Shown one piece after another: positions 45,343 to 58,226 of a stretch of 64,000 bases of DNA. Both the position numbers and the translations under genes were made by a program. Origin of the DNA: Eledone cirrhosa (taxonomy: Eukaryota). The stretch's first letter is position 1, and each line of letters opens with the position of its first letter. The notes under the pieces were generated by a model, which was not told where the DNA came from, made no database searches, and saw nothing but the letters and a program-made list of their open reading frames with translations. Location of the stretch: contig OZ024741.1 in the NCBI GenBank assembly GCA_964016885.1, positions 333,932,001-333,996,000 on the forward strand, read 5' to 3'.

Positions 45343-45780
45343 CGGTTTATCGTTCAAAGTTGCTGAAGCATGGAACAAACTACCTGCATCAGTTGTTAGC
45401 TGCCGAATCACTGCATCCTTTAAAACAGCCATGCTTCCTGAAATTCGTCAACACTACACCTGATATCCCCCTCCATACACACACACACATGTATATCATG
45501 ACACATACACTGTTCATTTCCCTGATATTTGTAAATTATTCTGACACCATGTTTTACAGCACAGAGTTACGGCCCTTTACAGCCCTTATGCCGAAGTTAA
45601 CTTTGCCTTTCATCCTTACGGCGTTGATAAAATAAAGTACCAGTAATGCACTGGATAATTGCTGGCCTAGTGCCAAAAGTAGAAACAATTATTCTATGTA
45701 CTATACATGCACCTTTGATGAGTTGTAGTGCACCTGAACACTATACAAAAGTATTTCATTATCATTATTATTGTTATATA
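45343..45780 (+). mobile_element. CR1/L2-like LINE 3' end with an inserted SINE A (45548-45690)
   Basis: FKVAEAWNKLPASVVSC..SFKTAML is a typical CR1-group C-terminus. (ATT)n-like tail near 45760. Confidence 0.6.
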
Positions 45781-45953
45781 CAATAAGTCCTTTTTGAGAT
45801 AATGTCTTACAACCAGAATCCTTTCCAGCCACCAACACTTTTAGTCACCCCTTATGACATGCAGGGATACACTGTACTTATTCTAAATTGGATAGCACCT
45901 AGCTCCATATTATTTATTCCTTGTCTCTTTATTTAATTAGATAGGGTGTTATA

Positions 45954-46171
45954 TAACCCTTTCATTATTGAATTTCTAATGAAATACACAGCTTGTGTAT
46001 TTCAATTAATTTTGAAAATAATAAAAAAAAAAAACTTTCATCATATTTCAACTTACTAATTAGTAAGCTGATGTTTAGAACATTACTTAAACATTTCTAA
46101 AATATAATTATGATGAAAGATTTCAAAAACCTAGTGTGGTTTCAGGTGGTTTGTTATGAAAATGGGTTTAA
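45954..46171. mobile_element. piggyBac-like MITE
   Basis: ATAA|CCCTTTCATTA..ATTTCTAATGAAATACAC at the left end and GGTTTCAGGTGGTTTGTTATGAAAATGGG|TTTA at the right. Same family as 6916 and 12949. Confidence 0.55.
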
Positions 46172-46869
46172 GCAAGAATTGGTAACTATTTCTAGCAGGT
46201 TGGCTTGGCAACCTGTAGTTGATCATAATTATGATGTCCACCACTGCAGACAGTCTTCTTCTTCTTCGTCCACTTATACCTGGGTGGGTCGTCAGGTCAG
46301 AGTCCTCAAACATGCCTTCCAGCAAGTTCTATCAGAAGTAATTTTGTCCTATTGATCAAGTTGGATCCCAAAGTGTGATCATCCGAGCATCAAAGAGAAA
46401 ATATTTTATATAAAATGTGTGTGTGCATATGTGTGTGTGTGTGTGTGCGAGTGTGTGAGTGTGCATGTGTGTGCGTGTGTGTGTGTGAATGTGTGTGTTT
46501 GTGTGTATGCAAAGTTGTTTTACAACTAGAATTTTATTCCTGTAAATAGTTATTTCTCAAAAGATACTCATAATTTTAATCCCGTGTGTCGTTTGTACAT
46601 GCTGAACATTTGTGTAATTATATCTGAGAAATAAATTAAAGTAACATTCTTATCTTTAATAATTTCCACATGTCTGTTATCAACATAAACAATAGGGTTC
46701 CTCATATGCAAGCTACTAACATATAAAAACATATTCTTTATGTCTATGTTCGTTCGTATATCCAGTAATACTGGTATATATGGCATACCAATCCTGGATT
46801 CCCCAAAATTAAATATGTTTCAATCTATTACCGTCATTACTGGCGGTACAGATTCATTAGGTATAAAAT

Positions 46870-47180
46870 GCATGCATGGTCACGTAACTTCTGAGAGTCG
46901 TAGACTGACATACAGCGTTTCTTGGGCATTTTAAAACCTGGCAGAGCCCATCCCCTCTCCAGGTTTGAAGACAGCAGATTTCTTCCAGAGAAGGATAGAT
47001 TGAGAGAATGGAAGTGAGAAAAATATATACAGTAAGAATCGATCCTAGTACTTGACTGGTACTGTTTAATCGACCTCGAATGAATGAACTCAGGATTGAA
47101 CTCAGAAAAAAGAGAGCAGAAACGAATACCGCAAATCATTCTAACAAACATTCTAACGGCTCCGCCAAATTTACCACCTA
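46870..47180 (-). mobile_element. SINE family A variant with long tail
   Basis: Reverse-complement head GGTGGTAAATTTGGCGGAG..GAGTTCAATCC. Tail shared with 8455-8690 and 63130-63300. Confidence 0.7.
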
Positions 47181-47497
47181 GATTGAGAATAAAAAATAAT
47201 ATAATTGAATGGCTATGAATGTCTTTAAGTTATGTAAAACAAAAGCATTCTTATATTCTATGTGTTTATAATATAAATCAGTTTAACTATCATCAGCAAA
47301 CTAGTATGTATCTATTATCTTTAAGAAACAACGATTGAGTTTAACATACTGGGTTGCTTTTGCAGAGAATAAGTAGTACAGAGTTGCCTCCCTTACATCA
47401 TCTTTCCACTCAGTAATTTCTATTGATATATCTCCTCACGATGACATAAAAGTAGATGTTTGTGAACGTGTAAAATATCATTTATATATATATATAT

Positions 47498-47584
47498 ATT
47501 ATAAATATAAGCTATTGCCGTATTTTGACTATCAGCCTAAATAATTTCTTTAGTCAAAATACGGCGATAGCTTATATTTATAAT
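47498..47584. repeat. Near-perfect 34-bp hairpin between (TA)n tracts
   Basis: ATTATAAATATAAGCTATTGCCGTATTTTGACTA / TAGTCAAAATACGGCGATAGCTTATATTTATAAT. Confidence 0.85.
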
Positions 47585-47893
47585 TTCAAACTCGCTCGCT
47601 GTTTCGAAAATATTCTTACTTGATATATATATATATATATATATATAAATGTGTGTGTGTGTGTGTGTAGAGAGAGAGAGATGCGAGAAAAACCACAAAC
47701 CCTCCATCTCAATTCTACTTTTGAAAAGCATAAGAACTGCGAAACTGGTAAAGGAACCAAATAAATATTCTTAAAAAGACTCCAGTTGCATTTTCGATTT
47801 CATCTTCTTTCCTTATACTTTCACTCGTGTAGGACATCTCGTTTTTTTTTCATTTTGGAAAAAAATAAAAGAAAAGAAACAAACAAACCTCAT

Positions 47894-47977
<84 letters not shown>

Positions 47978-47981
<4 letters not shown>

Positions 47982-48534
47982 GGAAAAAATGAAACGAAAT
48001 TTCATTTATCACTCTTAGTACGGCTGTTACTTAAATATAAGTATGTATATATACGTACATACATATATGTATACAAACGTACAGTAGTATATATATATAT
48101 GCATACATGCACATATATATATATATGTACGTATGGATTTACCGAGCATTTATTTTAATGCTCGATTTGTTTATAAACAAACATCCCGAATTAAGCCGTA
48201 CAGTGTTTAGCAACCATCGTTGCCCTTTTGTTCAACACTGACACAGGAACGATCTACAAGTTTCAAGCTTATTGGCTATCGTCAGCATCGTATACCTTCC
48301 TGCCAGATGATTGAACGTCTGAAAGTATATACTTTCCTAATGCATATTAACGGCTAAGCAGCCTAATTTGCATATCGAGTGAGTTAATCGGCCGGGCGCA
48401 CCGAAAACGATAAATGGAAAAAAAATGAAGCATTATAATAAATGCTCGGTAATTCCATACGTACATATATATGCGTGTGCGTGTATGTATATATATACAT
48501 ACTACTGTACGTCTGTATTCATATATGTATGTAC

Positions 48535-48540
<6 letters not shown>
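47978..48540. mobile_element. Second copy of the 21133-22085 hammerhead element
   Basis: Colinear with 21133-21590, then inverted from ~48430. Hammerhead at 48249-48291 (-) with CTGACGA..GAAACTTGTA. Confidence 0.82.
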
Positions 48541-48594
<54 letters not shown>

Positions 48595-48596
<2 letters not shown>

Positions 48597-48877
48597 CGAA
48601 AGAGGTGTAATAAGGAACCAGATGGATCATAACGCACCAGAGTACTCAATACTTAGGGTAGTAGAGTGGGTAATAGGAAAATGTTTGACCTCGACGGCAG
48701 AGCTCAAGCCGTTTCGACGGTTATTTCTGGACTAAATTTGAATTTTTAGCATGGTAATAAATAGCCGAACTATTTATTACTATGCTAAAAATTCCAATTT
48801 AGTCCAGAAATAGCCGTCGAAACGTCGTTTCGGACGCTAGTCTTTCATATCGAATGTAGAAAAGTAACACACGAGTT

Positions 48878-48931
<54 letters not shown>

Positions 48932-48961
48932 CGTGTATTACTTTCTGGACTAAATTGGAAT
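48595..48961. mobile_element. Fold-back pseudo-LTR remnant (family of 51102-51493)
   Basis: 48709-48764 is inverted at 48769-48825. Hammerhead 3' half GAAACGGC..GCCGTC on the - strand. ATTGAGTACTC at 48640-48650 (-). A further small inversion at 48925-48961. Confidence 0.7.
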
Positions 48962-48967
48962 GTTGAA

Positions 48968-50005
48968 GAGATTTTGTCAGTGAAATATCAAAACTTTAAT
49001 TTATTTACAATACGGGTTTCAGCATTATAAGCATTATCAATTGCGGATATGCAGAATATTGTTAAGTTGCATATTTGTACAAATAGTGATAATCTAAACT
49101 ATAATAAAGTAAGGTGTGTGGGACTGCGTACGGTTTATAATTTGTTATCCCATTAGTAAAATAAGTTGGATTACATTGAATAAATAATGAATGAATATTA
49201 CATAATTTATGTATTCAATTTCGTAGCTGTTGATTAAATATATTTTATTGTTTATTTAAAGATTCACTTCTTTAACATTTTCAAATGTCAACACTTCCGG
49301 TTAGCGCTCGCTTAAATAAACATTCATATATTTCTGTCACTAATTTTCTCCTAATGCAGTTTATATATAATATCGTCTTTTTTTAATGTATCATGGATTA
49401 CGTTACTGATTACATAAGAGAGTGTAATGCAGTGTTCGTTCAATTTCTGTGTATATTGTCAATTTCGATTTTATTTGATGTATCATATCTACATGTATAT
49501 ATACCTGCGTATAATATCAATATACACACTACACATGCTAGCAGAAAACCACCGGAAGGGTGGCTTTTCTACTAGTAATAATAATTGTTTCTACTTTTGG
49601 CAACAAGGCCAGCAATTATTTGGTAAGTACATTACTGGTACTTTATTTTATCGACACCGTAAGGATGAAAGGCAAAGTTAACCTCGGCGGGATTTGAACT
49701 CAGAATGGCAAGGGCCGTAACTCTATGCTGGAAAGCATGGTGTCCGACCCTCTACCGATACTGCCAATGTAATAATAATAAGCTACTAACAGAGAAGGAT
49801 GGACAGAGAAATGAACTCTCTTCTCTGAATGAACATGTATGTGAAAATTAATTTTTCTTCCCCTTTTAATTTTTATTATTATCACTATTTATACAAATAT
49901 GCAACTTAACAATATTCTGCATGTCCGCAATTCACAATGAATATAATGGTGAAACCGGTATTGTAAAAATAAATTAATGTTTCGATATTTCACTGAAAAA
50001 ATCTC
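48968..50005. mobile_element. Older fold-back element with ~125-bp inverted arms and decayed hammerheads, SINE A inserted at 49583-49768 (-)
   Basis: 48968-49093 is the reverse complement of 49878-50005. The left arm reverse complement reads GCAA TTGATAA..GAAA CCCG TA TTGT AAATAAA. Confidence 0.65.
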
Positions 50006-50023
50006 TGTCCTTTCTATTATTTG

Positions 50024-50116
<93 letters not shown>

Positions 50117-50118
<2 letters not shown>

Positions 50119-50825
50119 GAAAGACGTAAATAAGAAAGTTATGAAAATTGACTTACTTACTAAAATTTCACTCCAACTAATTAGTTTCTGTAAGGGGATA
50201 AATATGGTTACGGAGCGTATCCACAGAGAAACCTTACGTCACCAATGAGTCTATTCTCAGCTAAGCTTCCAGGCAATGCGAGGACACTGGGAACTTATAT
50301 AAAAATAATTCAGTGGATGGAAAAAAGCGAGCGGGGACTAGATTCCAAGACATTGAAAAATTCACTGCCTACTTGGTCAAGTGGCAAATTCAAAAGAATC
50401 AATCACGTGACACTGATGTTAATCAGTGAGGAGTGGGGTGCTATTAAGACAGGGCCTAGCCACTACTATTAATCATAGTAGTAATTTCGGCAAGTTTTGC
50501 TCAACAAATAATTTGGAGTTAATTATAAAGAATTAGTATATCTACCAACATATGTATACAGATGTATACCTATGTTAGCAAATATATATGTTTTGTCTTA
50601 GTAACTTTGTGGTTCTATGCAAGGGGGTGCAGAACAATTATATGAAAGACGTAAATAAGAAAGTTATGAAAATTGACTTACCTACTAAAATTTCACTCCA
50701 ACTAATTAGTTTCTGTAAGGGGATAAATATGGTTACGGAGCGTATCCACAGAGAAACCTTACGTCATCAGGGAGTCTATTCTCAGCTAAGCTTCTAGGCA
50801 ATGCGAGGACACTGGGAACTTATAT

Positions 50826-50828
<3 letters not shown>
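50117..50828 (-). mobile_element. Retrozyme-like element, 525-bp tandem monomer (family of 37078-38480)
   Basis: 50117 repeats at 50642. Intact hammerhead at 50695-50775 and a mutated core (TTGGTGA) at 50170-50250. (TA)n flanks. Confidence 0.85.
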
Positions 50829-50889
<61 letters not shown>

Positions 50890-50890
<1 letters not shown>

Positions 50891-51085
50891 GTTATTCCGG
50901 GTTGAGTCGGAGGTAACCACAGTAAGTAAGGTACTCAATACATTGCAGGGTATAGAAGTTTTAATATAGATGAGATTCTACAGGACTAGAACTGTTTCAT
51001 TCTTTAGAAATCATCAGGAATCTCTGATGATTTCTAAAGTATGAAACAGTTCTAGTCCTGTAGAATCTCATCTATATTAAAACTT
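50890..51085. mobile_element. Fold-back pseudo-LTR pair
   Basis: 50956-51017 is inverted at 51024-51085. The left arm continues through ATTGAGTACCT (50929-50939, -) to (TA)n. Confidence 0.85.
50972..51024 (-). ncRNA. Type I hammerhead ribozyme
   Basis: Reverse complement: GAGATTC CTGATGA TTTC TAAA GAAT GAAA CAG TTCTAGTC CTG TA GAATCTC (7-bp stem I, GUA site). Confidence 0.85.
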
Positions 51086-51100
51086 ATATATATATATATA

Positions 51101-51493
51101 TAATAGGAACGAGTAGGACCCCCGACGGCTGAGCTCAAGCCGTTTCGACGGCTAATTCTGGACTAAAATTAATTTAGTCTAGAATTAGCCGTCGAAACGG
51201 CCTGAGCTCAGCCGTCGGGGTCCTACTCGTTCCTATTACCCACTCTACTACCCTAAGTATTGAGTACTTTGGTGCGTTATGGTCCATCTGGTTCCTTACC
51301 ACATTTCCTTCGTTATATATATATATATATATATATTTTTTCTTTTTCTTTTTAGTCCAGAATTAGCCGTCGAAACGGCTTGAGCTCAGCCGGTCGGGGT
51401 CCTACTCGTTCCTATTACCCACTCTACTACCCTAAGTATTGAGTACTTTGGTACGTTATGGTCCACCTGGTTCCTTACCACATTTCCTTCGTT
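51101..51493. mobile_element. Fold-back pseudo-LTR pair plus a tandem second copy
   Basis: 51101-51168 is inverted at 51171-51238, and 51173-51313 repeats at 51351-51493. Contains the hammerhead 3' half GAAACGGC TTGAGCTCA GCCGTC with CTGANGA truncated away. ATTGAGTACTT at 51259 and 51438. Confidence 0.82.
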
Positions 51494-51774
51494 ATATATA
51501 TATATATATAAGGAGCAAGAACGAAGTATCAATATAACATCATTATGTTTTGTTCACATGTGACACATGTTTCGCGATCGATCAGTTTAAATTACGTTTG
51601 ATAGGGGTCGGGCTCGACTCTGGTATCGATAGTTCATCAACCTTGTGGATTCGAGAATCCCACGGGCAGTGCTATACAAATTTTTGGCGTCTCTATGGTT
51701 TATATGTCCAACTCATTGAACTATTTTTCATACTCAAACAACGTTGATTCTTCTAACTTTCATATATATTTATA

Positions 51775-52030
51775 TTGGTTAAGGCATTCCCGGTGGTGTG
51801 TTGTATTCTTGAGCAAGATACTTTTTTTTTAACATTCCCCTCAGTGCAGCCCAAAAATGAGTTTACGTGAAATTCAGTACGTCTACCTTGTAACGTCCTC
51901 TGCTATGCTGCATCTCCCTGAGAACTAAGTTAAAGGTAAACGTGTTTGGGGAATGTTCAGTTACTTGCACGTTAGTTTCAAGAGAAAACTGTTCGAACAA
52001 CTAAAACCCTCATCTTTGAAACCGATGGAG
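51775..52030 (+). mobile_element. Decayed SINE
   Basis: TGGTTAAG head and TGTGTTGTATTCTTGAGCAAGATACTT core similar to family B. Confidence 0.5.
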
Positions 52031-52639
52031 GTAAAACAACAGCACACACACACATACAAACACACGTTTTTCTCCTACACATCCATACACACACATATAC
52101 GTTTTTCTCCCACACGTTCACACAAACATACATGTTTCTCCCCTACACTTTCATACAGACACACATGTTTTGCTCATACACGCTCATACACACACAGAGT
52201 TGGTCAAGATTTGTTTTGTAAAGGGTCAAAGTTTTTCACGCACCGTCCCCTCCACATACACACTAAATGGATTAACACGAAATTCTTTTGACTGATCCAA
52301 CAAGACCTACTTTTATAGGGATATATATTATTGTTTGATTCCATCCCCAGAATACCGCTGGTATTTATTTCTGTGATTATAATGTATTGAAGAAAACGTT
52401 GAATTAAACAGAGTGGTTATTTATACTTATTCTGCCTCCCGTTGGTCTTCCCTATTTAATTTTTAATTTTTATATTCACTTATGCCCGTCTATCTTGTCA
52501 TTTGTTTCTCAACTGTAAGAAGTACTAGATATTTCTACTTAAATTGGTTAAATAAATAAAGCGTTATTTATTCAAATATAAAAGCTAAGTATTTTAGCAG
52601 AGTAAGTCAGGAAGCTGTGATATCCATGCTCAAAATATT

Positions 52640-53510
52640 TATGACACCGCCATATTGTCTCAGAACCACGAGTGAGTTCGGGCGGTTTGGTATCAAAAGG
52701 TTTACATTAGGTACAACGTATCCGTGTGTGTTTTTGAGGCATCCGTCCGTAAAACATTGCCTTAAAAAAAGATATCGTGATGAATATGAAGCCTATGATA
52801 GGGCCCACAAGGCTAACCCAAGATTTTGCAGGGAAAACTTGAAATGCAATGGCAAATACAAGCGGTCGAAATGGAGTTCCTCCGAAGGATCTTGCAGTAA
52901 CATTACTCGATGTTACTCCAAAGTGCGTAGCTTGGAGATTAGAGAATCGCTCCAGGCAGAGCCGCTGTTTCACCGAATCGAGAGATCATAGCTCTAATAC
53001 TACGGACATATAGTCAGAGTCAGAGCCAGATTTAGACCTTGGGGGGCCGGAGGCACTTCAGGTTTTGGAGGCCCTTCATACAGAAAAAATTAGCATACAC
53101 AGCAAATCCCCAATTTCACAGATTCAGCTTCGCGAAAGTAATTGGAATTGAAAAGTTATACATACAGGTATTAAATTTAAAAAAAATCTAACCATCCTAA
53201 AACTAAAACGCCAAATAAATTGCTACGGTCGTCGCAATTGCCCCCTTTGTCCCCCATTAAATCCGGTCCTGGTCAGATTGTGTCAGGAAAGAATTGCTAG
53301 ACAGATTTTACGGGCAAAACCAACTGGCAGGAGACCCAGAGGTAGACTCCGAGCAAGATGGTTGGATAACATCCATGAGCTTGGCTGATCTCGCTTAGGG
53401 ATCCAGCCGGATAAATTGGAGACGGCTGCTTCGAACAGGACCCGCTGGAAGGCGTGTTTGAGGACTCATACCCCGCGACCCTCCCAGGAATAAGCGGGCA
53501 CATAAGATAA
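52640..53510 (+). mobile_element. RTE-like LINE 3' region interrupted by a hAT MITE
   Basis: KVRSLEIRESLQAEPLFHRIERS*L*YYGHIVR [MITE] LCQERIARQILRAKPTGRRPRGRLRARWLDNI. Confidence 0.8.
53021..53271. mobile_element. hAT-type MITE
   Basis: TIRs CAGAGCCAGATTTA / TAAATCCGGTCCTG and 8-bp TSD GTCAGAGT / GTCAGATT (7 of 8 match). The LINE reading frame resumes across it. Confidence 0.8.
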
Positions 53511-54242
53511 ACTTAAAATAGCATTAAATGCTTGCTACATAGGAGTGATTAGAATTGACTGTAATAGGTTCACAAGGAGGTGGTGGTTTGTACTTAGCGA
53601 AGGCTTTTAGAACCTTGTGTTTGCGATCCCTGTATGTATGTTGGATATGTTTGGGTTCAACGTAATCCTGTTACATAATTTATCACAAAAGACACTTGCA
53701 TTCTTTACAATACATATGTACGTATGGGTTATATCGTGTATTAATAATTATGAATTGTAACCCTACTAAAATCAATTCATTCCGACTATGAATAAGGGAC
53801 ATAACTCCTCTAATTTGCTAAACCACGCTACCACTCCAAGTCATGCTGCCATGTGTTGGCTTACCTCAAAACATGATGTCCCTTACTCGGTTATGCCGGG
53901 ATAAGCCGTTTCTTTTCTTTCTTTTTTATTTGTTTTGCCTTTTTTTTTGTTTAAATTCAACACACACACATATCTTTCTTACTTTATTACATAAGTATTT
54001 CACATAAAAATATAGAATCAAAACGTGTTGAATTTTGAAAGCTATTGCATTTGTGTTTGCAATTTCAAACTGGTGTGCTGATGCCCATCTTTTTCCGTTT
54101 TGTTTTTATTTGACGAAGCTTCTATTTCAATTCTAATAAGATTAAAAAATTTTTTTTTTTACTGATTTAATGTTTATTCAGTTGGATAAATAACATTACA
54201 AATTGTCCGCAATTCTTTCAGAATGAATATATAAACACACAT

Positions 54243-54422
54243 AATTGTTTCTACATTTGGCACAAGGCCAGCAATTATCCCAGTGTATTACTGGTCCTTT
54301 ATTTTATCGACCCCGTAAGGAAGAAAGGCAAAGTTAACCTCGGCGGGATTTGAACTCAGACCATAAAGGGACGTAACTCTTGCTGCAAAGCATGGCGCTT
54401 GACCCTCAACCAATACTGCCAA
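54243..54422 (-). mobile_element. SINE family A
   Basis: Reverse complement of the family A consensus. Confidence 0.87.
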
Positions 54423-54539
54423 GAAAATTAACTATTGCTATGAACCTTACAAATACAACGCACCAAAATATATGACCAGAGAGAGAGAAAGAAAAAAAGG
54501 AAACAAAAACGACCATCAATTCATCACCAAGTGCGACAA

Positions 54540-55400
54540 TCGGCCGCACATCATAAGTGTCAACGGAAATTTTTGAGGCAAGCCAGCACGATCGCAACAT
54601 TACCACGGGTGATGGACAGGTAAAAATACTGAAACAACCAGGCACCCTCACGAGCATCACCTGACACCTCGGTAAGGTGAGATGCCAACGATGACACGAA
54701 CTTCGCTGTTAGCGGCCAAACTCCACCAAACGTCTCGAACGCGACATGCTGGAAAAAATAATTGTTTGATAGTTCCCGGTATTTTGGGATTTGATTCCGT
54801 TCGGCAACGGAAGCAGTGGTCCTGACATTTACAGTGACATCCATATGTGTCTGTGAGGGAGCAAAAGAGTTACTGATCGTGGCATCCCAAATGAGATACT
54901 TGCCTCTTACCCAGGGACAAAGGGTAATCTAGCCGGCTCCAGAACTGAGGGTATATTTACCCGAGGTAGGGCCCGCTTAATGATCAGATTTAGTTCGGTG
55001 TGAAGGGGGAAGTGAGCGGCATTCAGGCGGCAGGATAAACCATGGAGGCCTGTGGAATAGAGGGACCTCTAGCAGCGACATCTCAGACCCCACAGACATC
55101 GGCTCCCATTCAGAGTGCAATGGAGATGAGGAGCTCGTCCAAACTGATGTGGCGACTGGCAGGGTATCAATCCGGTCGTTAGAGAACTTCGCGTTTGCAG
55201 AAAGTAAGCGGCATCTAGAAAGTTGATCAGAATGATCGAAGAGAGAGTTAAATGTTTCGCTGGGAACGCAGGTTGTCCCATACTCTCTGCTTCCGTCTAT
55301 CCGTATCAGTATCGGAAACTGACAAACCCAGTCTCTCTACTATAGTAAACATTCATCCATCTCCCTGGTGGAACTAGTCCATGTTGGAAAGGAGAGGATG
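54540..55400 (-). pseudogene. CRE-like (RLE-type) non-LTR retrotransposon C-terminal fragment: Zn knuckle plus restriction-like endonuclease
   Basis: CRC*..GLHGLSCRLNAAHFPLHTELNLIIKRAL, TLCPWVRGKYLIWDAT, AE....KYREL..F..VAFETFG..SGDAREGAWL....LSITRGN. Confidence 0.78.
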
Positions 55401-55753
55401 TCAACCACCAAAGAGGAACAAGCGTGGATGGAGGAAAGAAAGACGAACATTTACGCAGACCGAGACGTCCAAACAGTTTGGACAAGGCAGATTGGTTGTG
55501 GGACTCTGGAGAGAATCGAGCTTGATCAGACCCACGAGTTCACTGAATATAGAGTCGTCAAAGCGATGTTGTTTTTAAAATAAAGGTCGGCCTTGATTGT
55601 AAATAAGATATATTAGTTAGGTGTTGTGTGTTAGTGCATAAAGATGTGTCTGCACACACACACATCTTTATATATATATATATATAAACATAAATTATCG
55701 AGAATCGCATTTCGGCCCACGAAATAACGAAAAACAACCTCCGAGATGTGTGG

Positions 55754-55837
<84 letters not shown>

Positions 55838-56414
55838 TGATTTAAGTTCATACATATCTACACATGTAAGTGTACGTGTGTGCGCGGCGTCTACTGAGGC
55901 TGATTTACCTCCCTTACACTATGCATCTCATTCACCTCTTCAAAATGTTTCCGTGTAAAAATAGCAATACCATCATTTCATCACTTTTTTCACATTTTCC
56001 AATTTAATATTTTAGAAGAAAAAAAATATATATTACTGATTTTCTTTATTTATATTTGATTTTCATAGATCTGTATTTTTTTAAAATTTTACTCATATTT
56101 TTCATTCTTTTACTGATTACTTTCAATAGAATGCAATCGTGCTGGGGAATCATCCCCCTGAAGAGATTTAGCCGATCATATCGATACCAGTATTTATTTT
56201 ATCAAGTTACTTTCGTTGAACTGCTAGGTTGTGCCATAAACTTACAGTAAACGTACACACACACATATACATATACACACGATGGACTTCCACATAGTTT
56301 CCGTCCACCAAATCATAAGGCATTTGTCAATCTGAGGCTATAATAGAAGACACTTACCCAAGTTTATTGTAAACTGAATTTCTTAATTGTATATATGTGT
56401 ATATATATATATAG

Positions 56415-57730
56415 GTCAAGGAAACAATAAACGGAGGTACAAAAAGTCTTAGTTTCATGCTTTATATGGAAAAGGGGAAAGATAGTTCGACGTGGCGAGC
56501 TTTAGCCCTTCTTCAGGGGTACAAAAATAGAGACAGGATCACAAAGGATAGATAAAGAAAATAAAAGGTTGTCCAAGTAAAAAAAAAAAACGAAAGTAAA
56601 CAAGACTGTGTACTGTATATGTGTGATGAAGTAATTTTGTATATGTAAGTATCTGGCAGTGTTAGGTATGTCTATGAGATGTGTGGATTTGGATGTGTGA
56701 GTGTATGAGTAAATTTCAACATGTGTATGTATGTTGAAGTTTATATTGTGTAAATGTAAAGTATTTAACTGTGATTTGTATGTAAGTGTGTCTGTATTAA
56801 CGAGTTTGCGACATAGGATAAAGGAAGTATGTTTAGTGTGTGTTAGAGAGTATATGGCAGAGCAGACTAAAGGAAGATAGGTGAGGCATTAAGGTTAAGG
56901 GGGCGAAAGTTTTGTAAAGAAAATATAAGTTGCTGTTCTCTATGCCAGCATGAGTCAGAGGGTCTGATACAATGTGTGAGCCCCAAAACACTGAGGTGGC
57001 ATGTGCAGCGGCTGGCAGATGGAAAATGTCGGGAGATTGGAGTCAGGTTCCCGACCCGAATGTTCCGAAGGTGTTTTCAGTAAATCTGTCGACCAGACGA
57101 TGGCCAGTTTGACCAAGGTAGATGGCTCTAGACAGAATAAAATGGAACCCATAGATATGATTGGTGGAGGTGCAACTGAATGAGTCCCTAATCTCGAAAG
57201 ACCATTCATTGGGACGGAAATGAGTGGTGGTGTTGGAGATAAAGCTACATCCATGCCAATGTGGTCGGGAACAGGGGTGGGATGCAGGAGATGAATTGAG
57301 GGAGTAAGGGCATTGCGGACGAGGAGGTTCCGAAGATTATGAGCGTGCTTAAATGAAGGGAGGGGTGGGAATGAATAAATGGGTGAGGTGGAGGGATCTG
57401 ACTGTAGGTGACAGAAAAGACGGAGGACCGTCTTCTGGAGGGGCAAGGTAGAAGGGTGGTAGGAGAGGGGGTGGGCAGTCGGTTGGTAAGGGGTGGTGAC
57501 GTGGAGTAAGGGCAGTTATGCCATCGATTCCACAGGCACGGGTGAGAGCAGCTTGGATCATGGTAGGGGGTATCCACGTCTAGTGTAAAGTATGGCCATG
57601 TATGAGACTGAATCTCAAAATCATGGGTTCGATTACACAGCCGGCATACACAGACGAATTGGGAATGGAGTGTTTGGTGTGAGTGGGGTGTGAAGTTAAG
57701 GTAGGCATGGGAGTCCGAGGGCTTGAAGTA
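56415..57730 (-). mobile_element. Decayed Penelope-like element (Neptune-like), RT thumb plus GIY-YIG plus 3' end
   Basis: YFKPSDSHAYL, LQSDPSTSPIYSFPPLPSFKHAHNLRNLLVR, FSCTSTNHIY..IYLGQTGHRLVDRFTE. Decayed hammerhead CTGAAGAAGGGCTAAAGCTCGCCACGTC at ~56489-56516. Confidence 0.8.
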
Positions 57731-57887
57731 TATATATATATATACGTACATTCTTGAAGTATATATACATACATTCTTGAAGTATATATACATACATTCT
57801 TATGTGATATCATACTCTGCTCTGTAAGAGCATCGAGTGCTCAAACGGCCTACCGCTTATGGACGCTTTAAGCATCCAACACCAATT

Positions 57888-57920
<33 letters not shown>

Positions 57921-58014
57921 CATGTAGGGATACAGAAGACACGTAGTGAAACATGCATCTAGTAGGCACCTCTTAACGACTATACTCCCACCCACGAATT
58001 CTGTCTACATCAGC

Positions 58015-58213
58015 CTTTCACTGTACAGTTATGTTAGTATCACAGCAAAAAGTAGCCAGCACACACTGTAAATGTGGTTGGTGTTATGAAGCGTATCCAG
58101 CCACAGAAACCTAGCCAGAAGCAGTTCTATATGAGCAAGACACGGTCACCCAACCCATCTTGTGTCTAATGGGACAACCTGTCTAACCCATGGTAGCATG
58201 GAAAATGGACATT
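58015..58213 (+). mobile_element. RTE 3'UTR fragment
   Basis: Matches 17930-18200 (CACACTGTAAATGTGGTTGGTGTTA..TCCAGCC..ACCCATG.TAGCATGGAAAATGGAC). Confidence 0.7.
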
Positions 58214-58226
58214 ATATATATATATA

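Noticed and set aside
50245-50797. Short ORFs of 69-75 aa in the 525-bp monomer
   Set aside because: They are antisense to the ribozyme strand and disrupted in the 540-bp sibling copies.
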